Under the pieces are notes generated by a model. That model had not been told where the DNA came from. It saw only the letters and a program-made list of their open reading frames with translations, and made no database searches. Shown one piece after another: positions 1 to 14,787 of a stretch of 64,000 nucleotides of DNA. Origin of the DNA: Azolla caroliniana (Eukaryota > Plantae > Polypodiophyta); the NCBI GenBank assembly GCA_043228905.1, contig JBHGNT010000001.1, positions 31,682,001-31,746,000 on the forward strand. Reading direction: 5' to 3'. The translations under genes and the position numbers were made by a program. The stretch's first letter is position 1; each line of letters starts with the position of its first letter.

Positions 1-3000
1 ATCAGCTACAGAAACTTTAAAACATGGATTATCCAGAAACATATACCTCAACTGAAAGCACATCCAAATGGATGGAGGATGCATCTTCTTTAGATCCACC
101 ATGCCATTCAAATTTGTTGGTCAAATTGAGAAACCCCAAGTCTAATTGCATGTATCTGTCCATATATTTAAATAGAATTGTCTCAACATTGATAGCCATT
201 GAGCATCTTGCATAAGCACAAAAACACACTTACTCTTTGCTTGACGAACATTTAGGCATGTCTATGATGGGGTTGTCCAAAGAAACATTCAACTTCAACG
301 CTGGTAATCCATCGATATCAGACTGTGGAACAAGCTTCTCCATTCCACCAACTTTGTCAACAACTCTGGTAAATTGCTGTGCATGTGGTGCTGACAGGGC
401 TGTGAAATATGCAGTCACCTGCAAAAAATTGAGAGGTTGAAAAGAAACCTAAATTTCTAGTGTGAATTTTAGCAACTGGAACAACCTATCATTGAGGGAA
501 AATCCCCAGGGAAAAAGGAAATGTTTATAACAAGGTCATACCTCCTGGATGAACCTATATAAAAAGACAATGCGAACAGACGAGAGCCTTCCTTCCAGAC
601 TATAATCATAACCTTCATAGTCATCCTCATCCACATTGAACGATTGAAAAACCAACTGAATTAAACAAGATTTATGTCATTTTTGACAGAAAACTAACTC
701 CTGAATTATGCATTAAAAGTTCATGAGATCCTCTATTGTGAAACTGAAATTGAATTGATGACAAAGTCCTGAAAAGGAATGAAGAATGAGCTATAATGTA
801 CCTTTACTAGGGAATCACAACCTGGGTCACGTATATCACACATCCAACCCCAATGGTGAGCTGGACCAAGGGTCATGTCCCGTACTCTAAGATTTCCAAG
901 TAATCCATTGATAGCGAATGATCCTGGAAAGACCTATCACATTTCATGAAGGAAGAACACAATCAAAATAAAGATGTGATTTCACCCTTATTAAAGAAAA
1001 TTACATCATTTATAGAGTGCCAGTATCAACAACTTTAAATATATTGTCTTCAAAGATCATCACATGAACAAGTTTCTTACTTTCAGATCCATGTGAAATC
1101 TTTCTTGATCTAGCATAGCCAATCCAGTTCCGTCCTCCAAATTGAGAAAAATACGTACACTATCCATATTCATCTTTAACTGAAAGACAATTCTTGACTT
1201 CCCTTGACCAAGCAGACCTCTTACTACTTCACATTCCGCAAATGGTTCAACATCACTAGATGATATTCCAGATGCATTAGAATTATCAGGAACCTTAGAT
1301 TGCATATCCATAATTTCACTGATTTCTGAACCGAAGTCAATAAGTGCAACAACTGTAGGCCGATTGCAGAAAAATTCCAAAGTCGCCATTGAGATGCTCA
1401 TCTATTGATATTGGACAAAAAGAAAGAAACATATAATGTTGTTTTAGAGGACAAAAATGGCCTATGAAATCAAACAAGAGATCACATATTGAAACATTTT
1501 CTCATCTTTGAGACAACAAACCAAAATAAATTTGAATAGATTAGTAAACGGTCTAAGGTCAAGGATATTTCTCTTAGCTAACCATTTAACAAACTAATAT
1601 GACCGAAGACGAGAGGGGTAATTTCTGAACTAGTGGGTTCCCACTCGGTCTTTCATCTGGCAAGTAAAGCTAACAAATAGCTTTCTAGATGAATTATAGG
1701 TTCAGTGGCTTAGAAGGAAACAGGAAATCCACCAGTGTAACGAGGATTGCAACTGAAGAAAGATTATTGGAAATGTTATCTCATCTTTGAGAACAAACCA
1801 AAATAAATATAATTAGAACAGTAAAATTGCCTACAGTACAAATATTTTCATTCGCCAAGAATTTAACACCTTAAGGTATTCTCACTAGTAAAGGTACCAA
1901 TGATTCTGATTAGCTTAACATTAGCTAATGGAAGACCAGATATTCTTGTCAGCTAAGCACTTAATATATATTCTTGTTGGTTAAGCACAAAAGAAAAATG
2001 AACCCAATGTCCAATGCCTAAATTAAAAACTGTTATAAATTCAGTTAAAATGATGAAGACTCACTTGTACATCTGTATCATCATAGTCTGGTGACTCGGA
2101 CTGTCTTGTTATGATTTGCATACTCACAAAACTTCTTGAATCTCGATCTGTTCCTGACAGAACCTTATCCATTAAACGCTCCCCTGGACAAAGATTAAAG
2201 GGCTTCAGCTCTGAAGCTAAGACCATGTCTTTAATGCATGAGAAAGTGACTTTCTCGGATTCCTTTGAATGCGACTGCGAGAACTCCAAACTTTTTGCAG
2301 GTGAGGAATTTGGAGAACCACCAAATTCAGTCAGAGCATCGTTATAAATATCTTCTTCTTCCTTCTGTTTGAGCTCAGATTCAGGCAGCATTTCATTTGA
2401 TGCTATGGTCAGGCTCATATTCTCTTGGCTAAGAACAGACCGAGCAACATACTGACATGACGGAGATATGGAACCCTGCAGCTTATCCTCTATTTTCAAG
2501 TAATGAAGATTCATACCAACAGTTAAATCATACTGCCGTTGTAATACATTGACCTAGAAAGGAAGGGTGGTTCTCATCAACCATACACAGCATAACTCAA
2601 CCTTAATAAGTTATATTGACAAATCAGCATTGCATAGTACCTTTCCTCCACCAGCTTGCAGACTCAAAATAACAGCTTCATTGTTGCGTTCATGAAGAAC
2701 TTTATCTGTCTGAGCCATAGAATATAAAATATAAACAATGTAGACTTTTAGTTGCCCTGGTCATTTCTTGATTTCAATTACCAAAAAACCCACCATCTAG
2801 ATTATTCATCTCACCAATCCATATATAGATAATTGAAGTTCATGCAAAGCTCCGGTAACAAAAAGAAGGGACTGACTTAACAAATCCACCCTTGGTGGGT
2901 CCAATTCTTCATCTTCTTCAATAAAATATTCAGGTAGAGATATGGAGACAGGAACCTGTAAAAGTTTTCATTAGCAAATAAGTCACTTGACAGTGACTGT

Positions 3001-6000
3001 AAGATATTTTGTGTATCTGTCTGTATCCTTACTGATGATTTATGAATTGCTGATGTCAATAATTTCAACCATGTTTCCTTGCACCCTTGGTCCGTAAGTT
3101 CCATTATAAGACTACTAGAAGTTTCAAGACCCTGCAAAAAGAAAATTACACTCAAGGATCATATGGTCTCTAATATTGTCTTTAATCATGTCTGCAGCAT
3201 GGATAAACAGTTCAAACACACATGATACACACATGATACACACATGATACACACATATCCTCATCCTGTCAGCATAAGCAGAGATACTTTGTTCACAAAT
3301 AAAGAGAACTACAGATAAATAAACAAAATGTTTAATACCTTCTGCAGTTCTATTCCACGACTGCAAACAGCTAGGACATAACTGGACCCTCCAATATTAG
3401 ATGGAGGAACCTCCAGAACCTGCTTCCCATCCAAGCTGAAATGCAAACCCAAAAAATGAGCATAAATATCACTTTCAGAACTAGGCAAGAAAAGAGAACA
3501 AGAAAGGAAATTAAATAAATTATTATATTAAAAAAAAGAGCCATCATTCTAGTGTAGCAAAGTTTAGAACCTGAAGCAGCGTTGATATGCTTGCGAGTTG
3601 GCTGACTCCAGAACATATAAGTATGACCCGGATAAGACAACACACCGAGGCTGCCATTCAGCTACCGCATTGCCTATTCCCTATAGCAATTGGTCAAGTA
3701 AGTATAAATGTTTTTACACACATAGACATCAATCAGCCACGCTATAAAATTATTTACCTTCCAAAATAATACTCTTACAACATCCTCATGATCAGCTGGA
3801 TACCACAAAGCACTGGATTGAGCTTTCTCTATCTGATCTTTTGAGCCATCAAATGTTGCAATCAGCTGCAAGAGTCTCTCATATCTCCCAGCAGAGAAAT
3901 GCAGACCAAGCTGTGGAACTTGCAGCCCAACATGCATCAAGGGATATGCTGGATGTGGTATACGCAACTAAACCAACCAAGAAGTCAAAATTTTGATAAA
4001 ATATTTAGACAATCAAGATAGTTATAAACTCACAAACCTTTTCAAAAAGAAGAAACATTCTACAGTGATCTAACACAGGTAATAAACTACGGATAGCTTC
4101 ACGATTGCAAACTTCTTGAGATTCTTCATCCATTGACAGGTATTTTGGCATTTCTGCCCAATCAAATGATCCATCCACAAGGTAAGCCGCAATATCCGTT
4201 CCAGATATAAAGCACTGAGAATATAGATCCCCTCTAAGAGAATGACCAGAACTTCCTTGCTCGTGTTTTTCATCCTGTTCAGAAATAATCATTCACTTTA
4301 GTATCTTTAAAAGATAACATTAAATGAAATCTTGATATTAATCATAATCAACAAACATTTTCTGTATGTAAAGTGAAATGTCCCAAGTCTAAGATGAGCT
4401 CTGTATTTAATCCATTTGTTAATTTGGTATCTGCAAGAAATCTGACTTTTGGAGCATCCAAATCAAGATCAATGGAAAACCTGAATAAGTATAAGTAGTA
4501 TAGTCAGATCAATCATAGGAATTATAAATCCAACAGTGATAACACATGAGAAGAGTCTATGCTACATGCCTACTCTCTTCCTCTAGCACCGATCTTAACT
4601 GCTCCTTAGCAGCACGTCTAACTTTCTCTAATTTGCTCTACATTGAGACACAAATTAATAAAAATTAATAAAGGAATAACCATAGAAATATCTACCCTTC
4701 AATGGGGAAGATTTAGGCACTGACCTGCAAGGCTGCTGCTGTTTCCAATGCAATGCCCCGATTAACAGCATGACTACTGTTAAAAAAATGCCTGATCCGT
4801 TCAAAACTTGTATAACAGACCTGAACAGTACACCTCCCATCACATGAAAACATTGGCCTATTTATGACATCAACCTTCTTAAAGCATCGTCGAAGTTTTA
4901 AGAATCAGTTGATACGGACATTTCTTATTAAGACAAGGAATACTAGAGACTTGTTACCATGACATAGCATGGCAATATAACTGCTGATATTTTCCAATCC
5001 AATGTTGAACGCAAAGGTTGGTGAATAAACCAAGCTGATAGAACTTGTTCATTATCATCACTGCTCACACTCTAAATAAACATCAAATGTAAACAGTTGA
5101 GAAAGAAAGAAACAAAGCTATATTAACATCTTTTAAGAAGCCAAAATAGAAATACTCTGAATTGAAATACATTCTGGACAACCTTTATTAAAGGACCTTC
5201 AGGTACTGTAATGCCATATGATTGCAGTTTTACGTTACACTCTAATGTCTTCATATACATGTTAATTCCAACACATAATGCCATAAAACTGCCACCCAGT
5301 ATTTCTACTCGGTTTTGATCAAAAATTCGAACAGAACTTTCTTTGATGATTGCGTCAACAGACATTTGCAAAGAATCTGCAGCTTCCTGCAATAAAGGAT
5401 CTTCCCCTGGATGATGATTCAAAAGCTCATTTATTTTTTCCCACTCCTCCTTCGTGAACTCCCCCAATCGCATATCTTGTTTCCCCATATTAGCTTCAGG
5501 CAGAGAACCACTGATGTCATTGACCGCTACAGTTCTCCTGTATCATAAGAAAGGAAATGTCCGAGTGAGAAATTAGATCTGAAAATATTGTCACATTTTG
5601 GAGAGAAATAAGACTGAGATTCACCTCACGGAACACTAGACAGAAGATGTGAATGGTACAGGAAAATGCAGGACAAAATACCTACCATCCAAATCCCCAC
5701 CATCCCTGTTTCTTGACTTTATCACTTTCTGAACTTGTTTCTTTCGATTTCAAGCTTTCTGCTTTGGCACGTGCCAATAATCTGCTCCATTAGAAGTAGC
5801 CTTATCTTTAGCAAGACTATCATCATTCTTAGTAAAGGCTTATTTGTAAATGTGAAGCATGGATTAAACACATACCTCCAAAGAAGTAAGACTTGTAAAT
5901 CTACTTTGTCCTCAATCTCTCTAATTTGGTCACTTTCAGTTCTAGACTTTTGTTGTAGTGACTCTGCATACAACTGGACATATGTCCTCCTTAAAGAACA

Positions 6001-9000
6001 CATATGCTCGACCATGCCCCATGAGAGGTGGGATCTGCAAAATAAATATATCCATTAAGGATTCAAACAGTTACAGTACAGAACCCTGCAAAGATTTGGA
6101 GGCACCAAACAATTAAACAAGCATGTATCTACTGAAACTCATGTCACCCAAATGCTACAAAATCAGCATGAAACTCTGCAGCAATTAGGAGACAAAAGAT
6201 AGGTTTATCAGTATAGATAATACAGTGCAATACATTCTTCAAAAAATATGAAGATCTTCAGAACTAAAAATTCCTAATAATATTGCCATTATGTTGACGA
6301 CCACAAACAAATCTGATTGCATGCAATCAAAACTTGCTACTTGACGTATGTCCATTCTTACAAAGGCAAACAAAATTTCACTTCTAAACAGAAGCGATGG
6401 ATTTTATAATTATACAGTAAGTACCTACAAGCAGACAGTAGGACACAGGTCCAACATGTTACCTCAAACTTCAAAGCATACCATCTCAGACCAAGAATGA
6501 CTATGGATTACTGATTTAGTCTCAATGTGTTTGCCAACAGCCTTCATCTGAAAGAAGAACAGTTACTCCAATCCAGGAAAAGTGAAGATCAACATTAACC
6601 TTCGAGGTCAGATGTAATGTTTTATTAGATCACCCACAAATACCGCATGGTCAACAAAAAATTTATCTCATCAAAGGCTGATATACATTGAAATATATGT
6701 GGCCGTGCAGCAGAGACACTGAACAGAGATTGCAAGGCATTCAAGGAGGTCTTTTCAACCCTATACTATAGGTAAAACAGTGTCCCAGAGGAATGAGAGA
6801 GCTAAGGATAATGTCATTGGGCCAAAATAAAATAATATAGGTAAAGTTTGATCTACATCATTCTTTTAGTCAACACAATGAAGCCCTCTCAAACATGTCA
6901 TCCATTTTTTATATTACCCATATTATTTCTATGCAAACAAGGCACTGACAGTTTCAGAAGAAACCAGGTTAGCCAAATAAGAATGAAATAGTGGATTCAG
7001 CTCGCACTAGCCTCCAAAGAGGTTGCTTACATAGACAAGTAAATTAATCAGATATATAATTAGACACGTATCTAGCCTGTTGACGGACTTCATGAAAGTC
7101 TTTCCATCCAGAATAAACAGAAATTTCAATCCCTCTCCACTTACGGAGTCTTCTCCTGCTGCTTCCGTCCTGCTTGAGAAGCATACCTCCACCAGATTCG
7201 TGGATTTTCAGACACTGCTACCCCAGGTCGGAAATGTGAAAATTCCACACGCTTTCTGTATTGCGAAACCACTTCCAGAAGCCTGAATCCATCACAATAT
7301 TGTGCCTGAATACAAGGAAGACAACCAGATCGTTATGTCCTCAACTTACATGTAAAAATTGATCAACAGAAATAAACATGGTCCAAGTTAATTATAACCT
7401 CAGAAATGTTGATAGATACTTCATTTAGCACGAGAGAGAGATTTTGGAAAGCCACAGCAGGATCACGTTTTTCTCTCTTGCTGCAACGATGGTAACTCAA
7501 AATGCCATTAATTGGCCGTAAAAGGTACTGATGCTCATCAATCAATTCTCTTGATAATGAATCTGTGCCATTTTTCTGGTTTATTGCCGGTTCAAAAACC
7601 TAATTGAAAGACACCAAACCATGTGATTTGCAGAAACCTCAGGTCCACATAGACAACACATTTATTTGAATGACATTACCTCACTCCATTCCTTGGAAGT
7701 CATCTCTTTCCATCTTTTCTCCACGTTCCAAGGTGCTTTTCCAGAATCATGGTATATTGCCAAGCCTTCCAAATGCAAGGACTGTACGGCAATTATCAGT
7801 ATCTTATGATCAATTAATATGTATTGCTCTTTGTGGATCTTATCAAGTCGTACACCTAACCTTGTGAAGCTTATCAAGTAATCCACTTGGAACAAATGTT
7901 TCCTTCGAATTTTCATCTATTGTAACAGCAGCAAGTTTTGACAGAGTAATTCCAGCACAAATGGGTTTCCCAGGATTGCTAGTGAAATCAGTAACAGCCA
8001 CCTATCAGCACACTAATTGCAGACACTATAGAATTACTTGACAGACCATAAGTGACTTGTCATCAGATCACAGAGGACGTCATGCAATGTGCAACACAAT
8101 TCAATTGTAACCACATCAACAATCCAAACCAACCTGGTTCTGTCTTCATATCGAACATGAACATTTGTGATTGAAATCTTTAGGTTTCCAATGATTGTAG
8201 CAATTAGAGAATTCAACCAAGAATTTGCCTCTGCAAACTTTTTGAAGCACAAATGTCATTAATTACTTATAAAGCCACAAACATGTTAACAGACAAGAAA
8301 AAAAGATAAATAAACATCTTTTACAAGGCCAAAATGGCCCATGAGATTAAACAAGAGGTTAATCTTTAAAATGTCATATGTTCGTTGAAAACAACAAAAC
8401 AAAATGAATATAACTGAAAGTTACTAAAGAAGCTAGATACCTAAGCACTTAAGATTCTAGACTCAGTGTTGAGCGGACAATAAATAAACATCTTTTACAA
8501 GGCCAAAATGGCCCATGAGATTAAACAAGAGGTTAATCTTTAAAATGTCATATGTTCGTTGAAAACAACAAAACAAAATGAATATAACTGAAAGTTACTA
8601 AAGAAGCTAGATACCTAAGCATTTAAGATTCTAGACTCAGTGTTGAGCGGACAAGCTCAACCAGATCCGGATCGGTTGAATAAACCAAAGCCGGATCAGA
8701 ATCCAGAACGGACCATATAGGTATCCGGATCGGTATCCGGAATCAAAAGCCGGATCAGATTGTATCTAGTAGGCCGTTAGAGGCTTGCAAATCTAGCCTA
8801 GTACGTAGGCACATGGGAGTCGGTGTCAGTCGCACGTATGAGCATTGAAGTACATGTCAGTACTTCTGTCAGTCTTTTAAGGATTTGTATAAAAAGTGTT
8901 CTGTAGGACATTGTATGTACACAGTGTTATTTTTGAAATTGAGTTTATGCTTTTCTGCTCTCTCTCTGTCACTCTTGTGTATTCTCTGTGTGTTTTGAAG

Positions 9001-12000
9001 AATCCATTAAACCTGTATATGTTTACTGTTAACACGAGGTGAAGTCGGTTCGGTCGTCACGCTTCCACAAGTAATTCTTTTCACTCAGGTATACTAAAAT
9101 TTCTGCCTTCAAAGAACCACCACCATGGGCCACTCCAATATGGAGAGACCTCCGAAGCAAGGGAGCCAACTTCAAGGCCAGTGATGATGGCCTTTACTTG
9201 TCAATGAGAAGGGTGTGGGGCGAAGGTCCAAACAGTCATCACTTATGTTTAGGGTTTAGGGTTTAGAGGTAGAAAGAAAGAAAGATATATTAACGTCTTT
9301 TAAGAGGCCAAAATGGCCTATAAGACCAAACAAGAGATTACATCTTAATTGTTGCCTCGTCTTTGAGAACAAATCAAAATAAAATAGATATTACACCGTA
9401 AATATAAAAGTAGATAAGATGAAAAGAAAAGAAATGAGGGAATTTGGTTTTTGGCACATGTGAGATTCTCAAGTTAGATATATTGTAGCTTTTGTCTTCG
9501 AAAGATCGCTAGCATAGGGCAATTGTAACCCCTCTACGTGCACAACAAAATTGCTATTGCCCGATCAATTGTAACCCCTTTGTTATGTCCTGGTCTGGAG
9601 CCCATTTGTGTATCCCATGATTGACTTTCAGTAGGAGTGATGGGGCTAAAGAAAGTTGTGATTGTTCTTTGTGGATGAGCTTGTGTGGTTGTATTCTTCA
9701 ACAACTTTTCCCGATGTCTCTTGAGCTCTAGCAAGAAAAGTCCTAGGCATCGTTAGTCCTCATATTCCATTACCTTGCATAGTGGGCCAAAGCCTTGTTT
9801 AAAGAGGCAATGGTATCTCCCTCTGATTTCATAAAAGACACTACAATGACAAAAATAGTGTTCTTCAGATTCCACTCCTTGATGACACAATTGGCAAATT
9901 CTCTCTTCTAGAGGTAGTCGTGTATATCTGCCTACCTCAATCTGTAACTGATGTGATGAAGTTTGCAGCTGCCCTATCACAATACGCAGAGCATAGGATA
10001 GATGTATGTCCATATAAGGTGGCTTGATGATGAATCCATCCTCCGATGTGTGTAAGAAGTGTCTTATAGTGGGCCATCTTTGTACCAAGTGGTATTTTGG
10101 GGCTGATCCATGTTATCTTGTTTTCCAAGTTAATAATATCAGTTCGGATCACTCTATTCTTTTCCGCTTTGGTCATATTTAGATGGGGACAATCCAAGCA
10201 ATATTGGAACGGGGGTAGTGCATTTATACTCATGCCATGTGACTCAAACCATTGCTGCATTTCAGCATACCAACAATGAGTGTCTCCACTTTCAGCCACC
10301 TCTTTTGTTTTTGTTGATTCACATTAAGTGCTTACACTCATTATTGTAATCTTCCCCCATTTGTAATAAACTCATTCTCCTCTTTCTTATCGTTCTCCTT
10401 GCCCCTCGCAGAAATACACATAACACAATAAACACATAATTAATAATCCATTACGTACTAGAGCTACATCGTTGTCACGGTAATCCACGTTTGCATGTCA
10501 GATAGGACGGAACCACGGGGGTCTTGGACTAGGGAGGTCTCGCTCTCAACAAGCCTCAGCGCTTTGGCTTTCTACTCGCGTCAATTTCCAGCCAAAGAAG
10601 ATTCCGGGTTCGATAAGTCGATTAACTATGAACAAGGACTCAACTCAAATAGGTGAACAGAAAGAGGAATATACCCAAATATATATATGTTACAAATGTT
10701 TTACTACGAATCGGCTTACATGCCACAAATCCAGTGGCTATTACAAAACAATCAGCTAATACAACAATGTTAGGAAATGGGAACCGGCGAAGGCAAGTCA
10801 AGTGGGCCGCCAGGACCATGACATCCACCGTTGGTCACGCCCGAAGACGGTGGAGTGTTCCCGTGCCACTTCGCCCTCCTTTCTCGAACCCGCCGCCACA
10901 TGAAACACTCACCATCGAGGAGTGGAAGCCGAATCACCATGTGCTGCCACCAGAATGCTGAAGAGCCACCGTTGTAGAAACCCCAAACCAAAACCAAACT
11001 CTCACACGAAGCAGAAGAAGAGAGTAACACCCAAAACCCTCACTCACACGAAGAAAACCGAAACCGAAACCCTAAATCTCCCACAAACTCTCACAAGATG
11101 AAGAACCAAACGGAACGCCAAACCTCCACTCAAGAGAAGGAACCAAACCCACGAGACGACGAAGAAGAAGACCTAAAGTGAAACCCTAAAACGAAATAAG
11201 GTAAAGAAGACCGAAGTAGAAACCCTAAGAAAATAAGAATGAGAAAACTACCAAACCCTAGATCTAACGGTATACCCTCCTAACTCAAAATTAGCGACCC
11301 CTTAATAAGAGACCCCTCCTTCCTTTTATAGTCCAAGGAGGGAAGGACGTTACAATTTGGGACAAATATTCCCCTTTTTATTTTATATACATTTTCGAAT
11401 GTACATGTGCACACGGTGCACATTCCCGACTTTGCCCACTCCACCCGGTTTTCTCACCATAGCCAGAAATCTTCACGACATCGTTTTGCTCTAGTTTACA
11501 CAATTGCACAATTGGCAAATCAGCCCATCCATACATTTGTGTGCATGTTTGCCTATCTCAAATTCTAACTGATGTGAAGAGAGTCTAAGTTGTGCCCTAT
11601 CACACTATGTAGTGCTAAGTAAGTTGGTAGTTAACATGCCCAATCGCATCCTAAGTATATAAATCCAATGGGTTCACCTTGAAGCATGGATATGCATGAT
11701 CTACTACCAAGCCATTATGTCCACTAGAGATGGTGAAAAATTTGTTCTCAGCTAGAAGGGATGGAGATCCCATCTCAATAGTGCTTGCACCTCCCTCAGG
11801 GTTCCAATATGTCAAAGCATCTGATCTTGGCCATTGTGACAAACTATTGTATATCACAAATCCATGTCCACTACCAAAGGATAGCAAGTTTTTCCATATT
11901 TCGTTACCAATCTTGTCCATTTAGGCTAAATTCTTCCTATAATTTCTCCATACATAATGTCTCTTGCGTCAAACATTGTTTGTTCATCCTTCGTCCAGCA

Positions 12001-14732
12001 TTGAGGTGCCCTAAAGTATTACATACCCCATAATAGCGAATACTCCAAAACCATCATATAATATGATGATTCTAGTGCTTCCTAGCATGTGGTTGGGGAC
12101 AGCATATTGACTTCCACCTACTCTCTATACACAAAGAAATTTACTACCAATGTATTGATGGTTCTATGTATACATAGCAATCTTTTCCTTAAAGGTATCT
12201 TCAAAATAGTCAGCATTTGTCCAGGTCCATTGCAATTCCATAGTCATGTGTGAGCTCTTAAAGCCCGTACATCATCATGCAGTTCTTTTCTTTGTAATAA
12301 TAACCCTGCCATCCCTATAGGCAGCCCATTTTCCATCCTTTCTTGAACAAAAACTCATGGCATATTTTCTTTCAAGTGTACTACTTGAACAAGTTTGAGA
12401 TCTTCAATATTTGAGTGCCCCTTCCCTTGGATATGAAAAAAAAAATTATTCTCCACATCTATGAACCAATGGCTAAAAGCCTAGGGCCAAGACTCATTTC
12501 TTTTTACCTTCCATGTTGAAGCAATTGGAATATCCAATGCCTCTATCCTTATTCTGAGATTCCAAACATATTTTTTGTAGGCTTCGTTTTTCAGCCTGTC
12601 CAACAATTCGTGCATGCCGTCCACAAGCTTTCCTTTCGCATTCATCTTCTAATGTTCAATTCATCGTCACCTCTCGCCTACCTAGGAATTTAGAAAATGT
12701 CAAAACATCCTTTTCCACGTGGAAACAATTGGAATATCCAATGCCCCTATCCTTATTCTGAGATTTCCAACATATTTTTTGTAGGCTTTCTTTTTAAGTC
12801 TGTCCAACAACTAATAGATGTCGTGCACGAACTTTCCTTTAGCATTCATCTTCTAATGTTGCATTCATCATCGCCTCTAGCTTACCTAGGAATTTAGAAA
12901 ATGTCAAACCATCCTGTAAAATCTTCCCAAAAACTGTGAAATATATCTTCCACCGAAAAGTCCCACCTACACCTCATCAAAAAAATACGCTTGCAATGTC
13001 GTACTTAATTTTGCTAATGGAAATTAGATTACTTCTCATAACAGCCAGGCACACTACATTGCAATTGCAAATAGTCATGGAAAATCATAATATATAAATC
13101 AAGAGTAACTTTGTTCATAACAAATCCACGCATAATACAAAGAAATTAATGTAATCAACTATTTCCTAGCATGTTTCTCCAAGTTAACATACATTTTCTG
13201 CTTTGGCATTCTTCCTCTCCTTTGCTTCAAGCACTGCTAACTCGGCCTCCTGTGAATAGTAAACAAATTCATTGGTTGTTATTTTAAGTCAAATGATACT
13301 ACAAAATGAGACTAATCAATATGATACTACACATTGTGACCTTACACAATTTTCCAAGGTCAGGATTGAATTGCCTTGTTTCCTTGGAAGAGCAAAACAC
13401 AGTTTTCTCCTATTTCTGTCATTTCTATTACAGAATTCCCAACTACTATGCTAGTCATATATTTGATTATAAATTCCTATCCATATAAAACCATCTCCAT
13501 CAATATGTTGTGTGATGCACAAGGGAGAGCACACACTAAGCATGATCCATCCCCATTAAGTTATAACCACAAACCTAAACAATGATCTCTAGTTAAAGGC
13601 ATTCAAATAAAAGAGATGATCCATCACAATGTACACCCAGCACAAACATGCAAAATCTTTGTCAAAAAAGAATTAAGTGCATTAATATATTTCCGATATT
13701 TTCACAAGTATACTAATCTCTCACAAAATTCTTCATTATTTCTATTTGATTAGATTATGGAGTTAAACTTATGTTTCATGATAGATATTGAACAGTAGAA
13801 GTTAGGGTAAACTGTACGAAATAGTACTCATATAACCAATATGCACAAAAAAATCAACAAACAATATAGATGTACAAATCCAGATTATCAACCTCGAGTT
13901 GTCGCCTCTTTGCATCAAATAGATTCTCATTCTCATTTGCCTGTACATTCATAAGCATTTGAAATAAATTAGACGGTAATGGCAATCGTCGTCCATCTCA
14001 TGTTTCCAGCAATCAGGTAAAATTCTTAACATCGGTCAGATTAACACTCAAAATACACACATGGGAATCACGCGTGCATCTAGCCATGCCGCATTAGATT
14101 TGGACAGTATTGAAATTCAAACAAGGCTGCACCAAAGGGTACCAAAAACATATAGAAGGATTCAACTCTTTAAATTTGCAATGTACCTTAGAAAGATTTG
14201 CATCATGAATAGCTTCTGCAAGAATAAATATACGATCCAAAAGAACTACTACTGATTCTTTCCCGAGCCTACTCCAAGGAACCTGTTAAATTCAGCCAAA
14301 TGCCATATACATAGCCATTCAAATATAAATTTCTTTCAACTGAATCGAGAGATCATAAACCATATCATGAATGAGCTGTTATATGCACTAACAATAGGAT
14401 TAATACTTGCCTTTATGGTGAGAGATCCTAAACGTCCAGCTTTAACAGTAATAGGAAGCTTCAAAGCATTCAGTGCATCAGCTCTTAGCTCCAGGTCATT
14501 TAGAATCACGTTACCTGTTGTGACAAAAAACTCACGATCAATTCTGTTATTCATTAATGAAAGTTTCCAACTAGAAGATTTTGATGCTTATTCTAAGAAG
14601 AATTTGTCAATTTTTTTAGCCCTTGCTCACGAGGTGAAGCTGCAATATTAGCTCACTCTTGTGTGTTTATCTCCGATTTTTGTTTCTTTTATTTCTTGTT
14701 TTGCATCTCTTTTCTTTCATACTTCTATGTTC

Positions 14733-14787
<55 letters not shown>

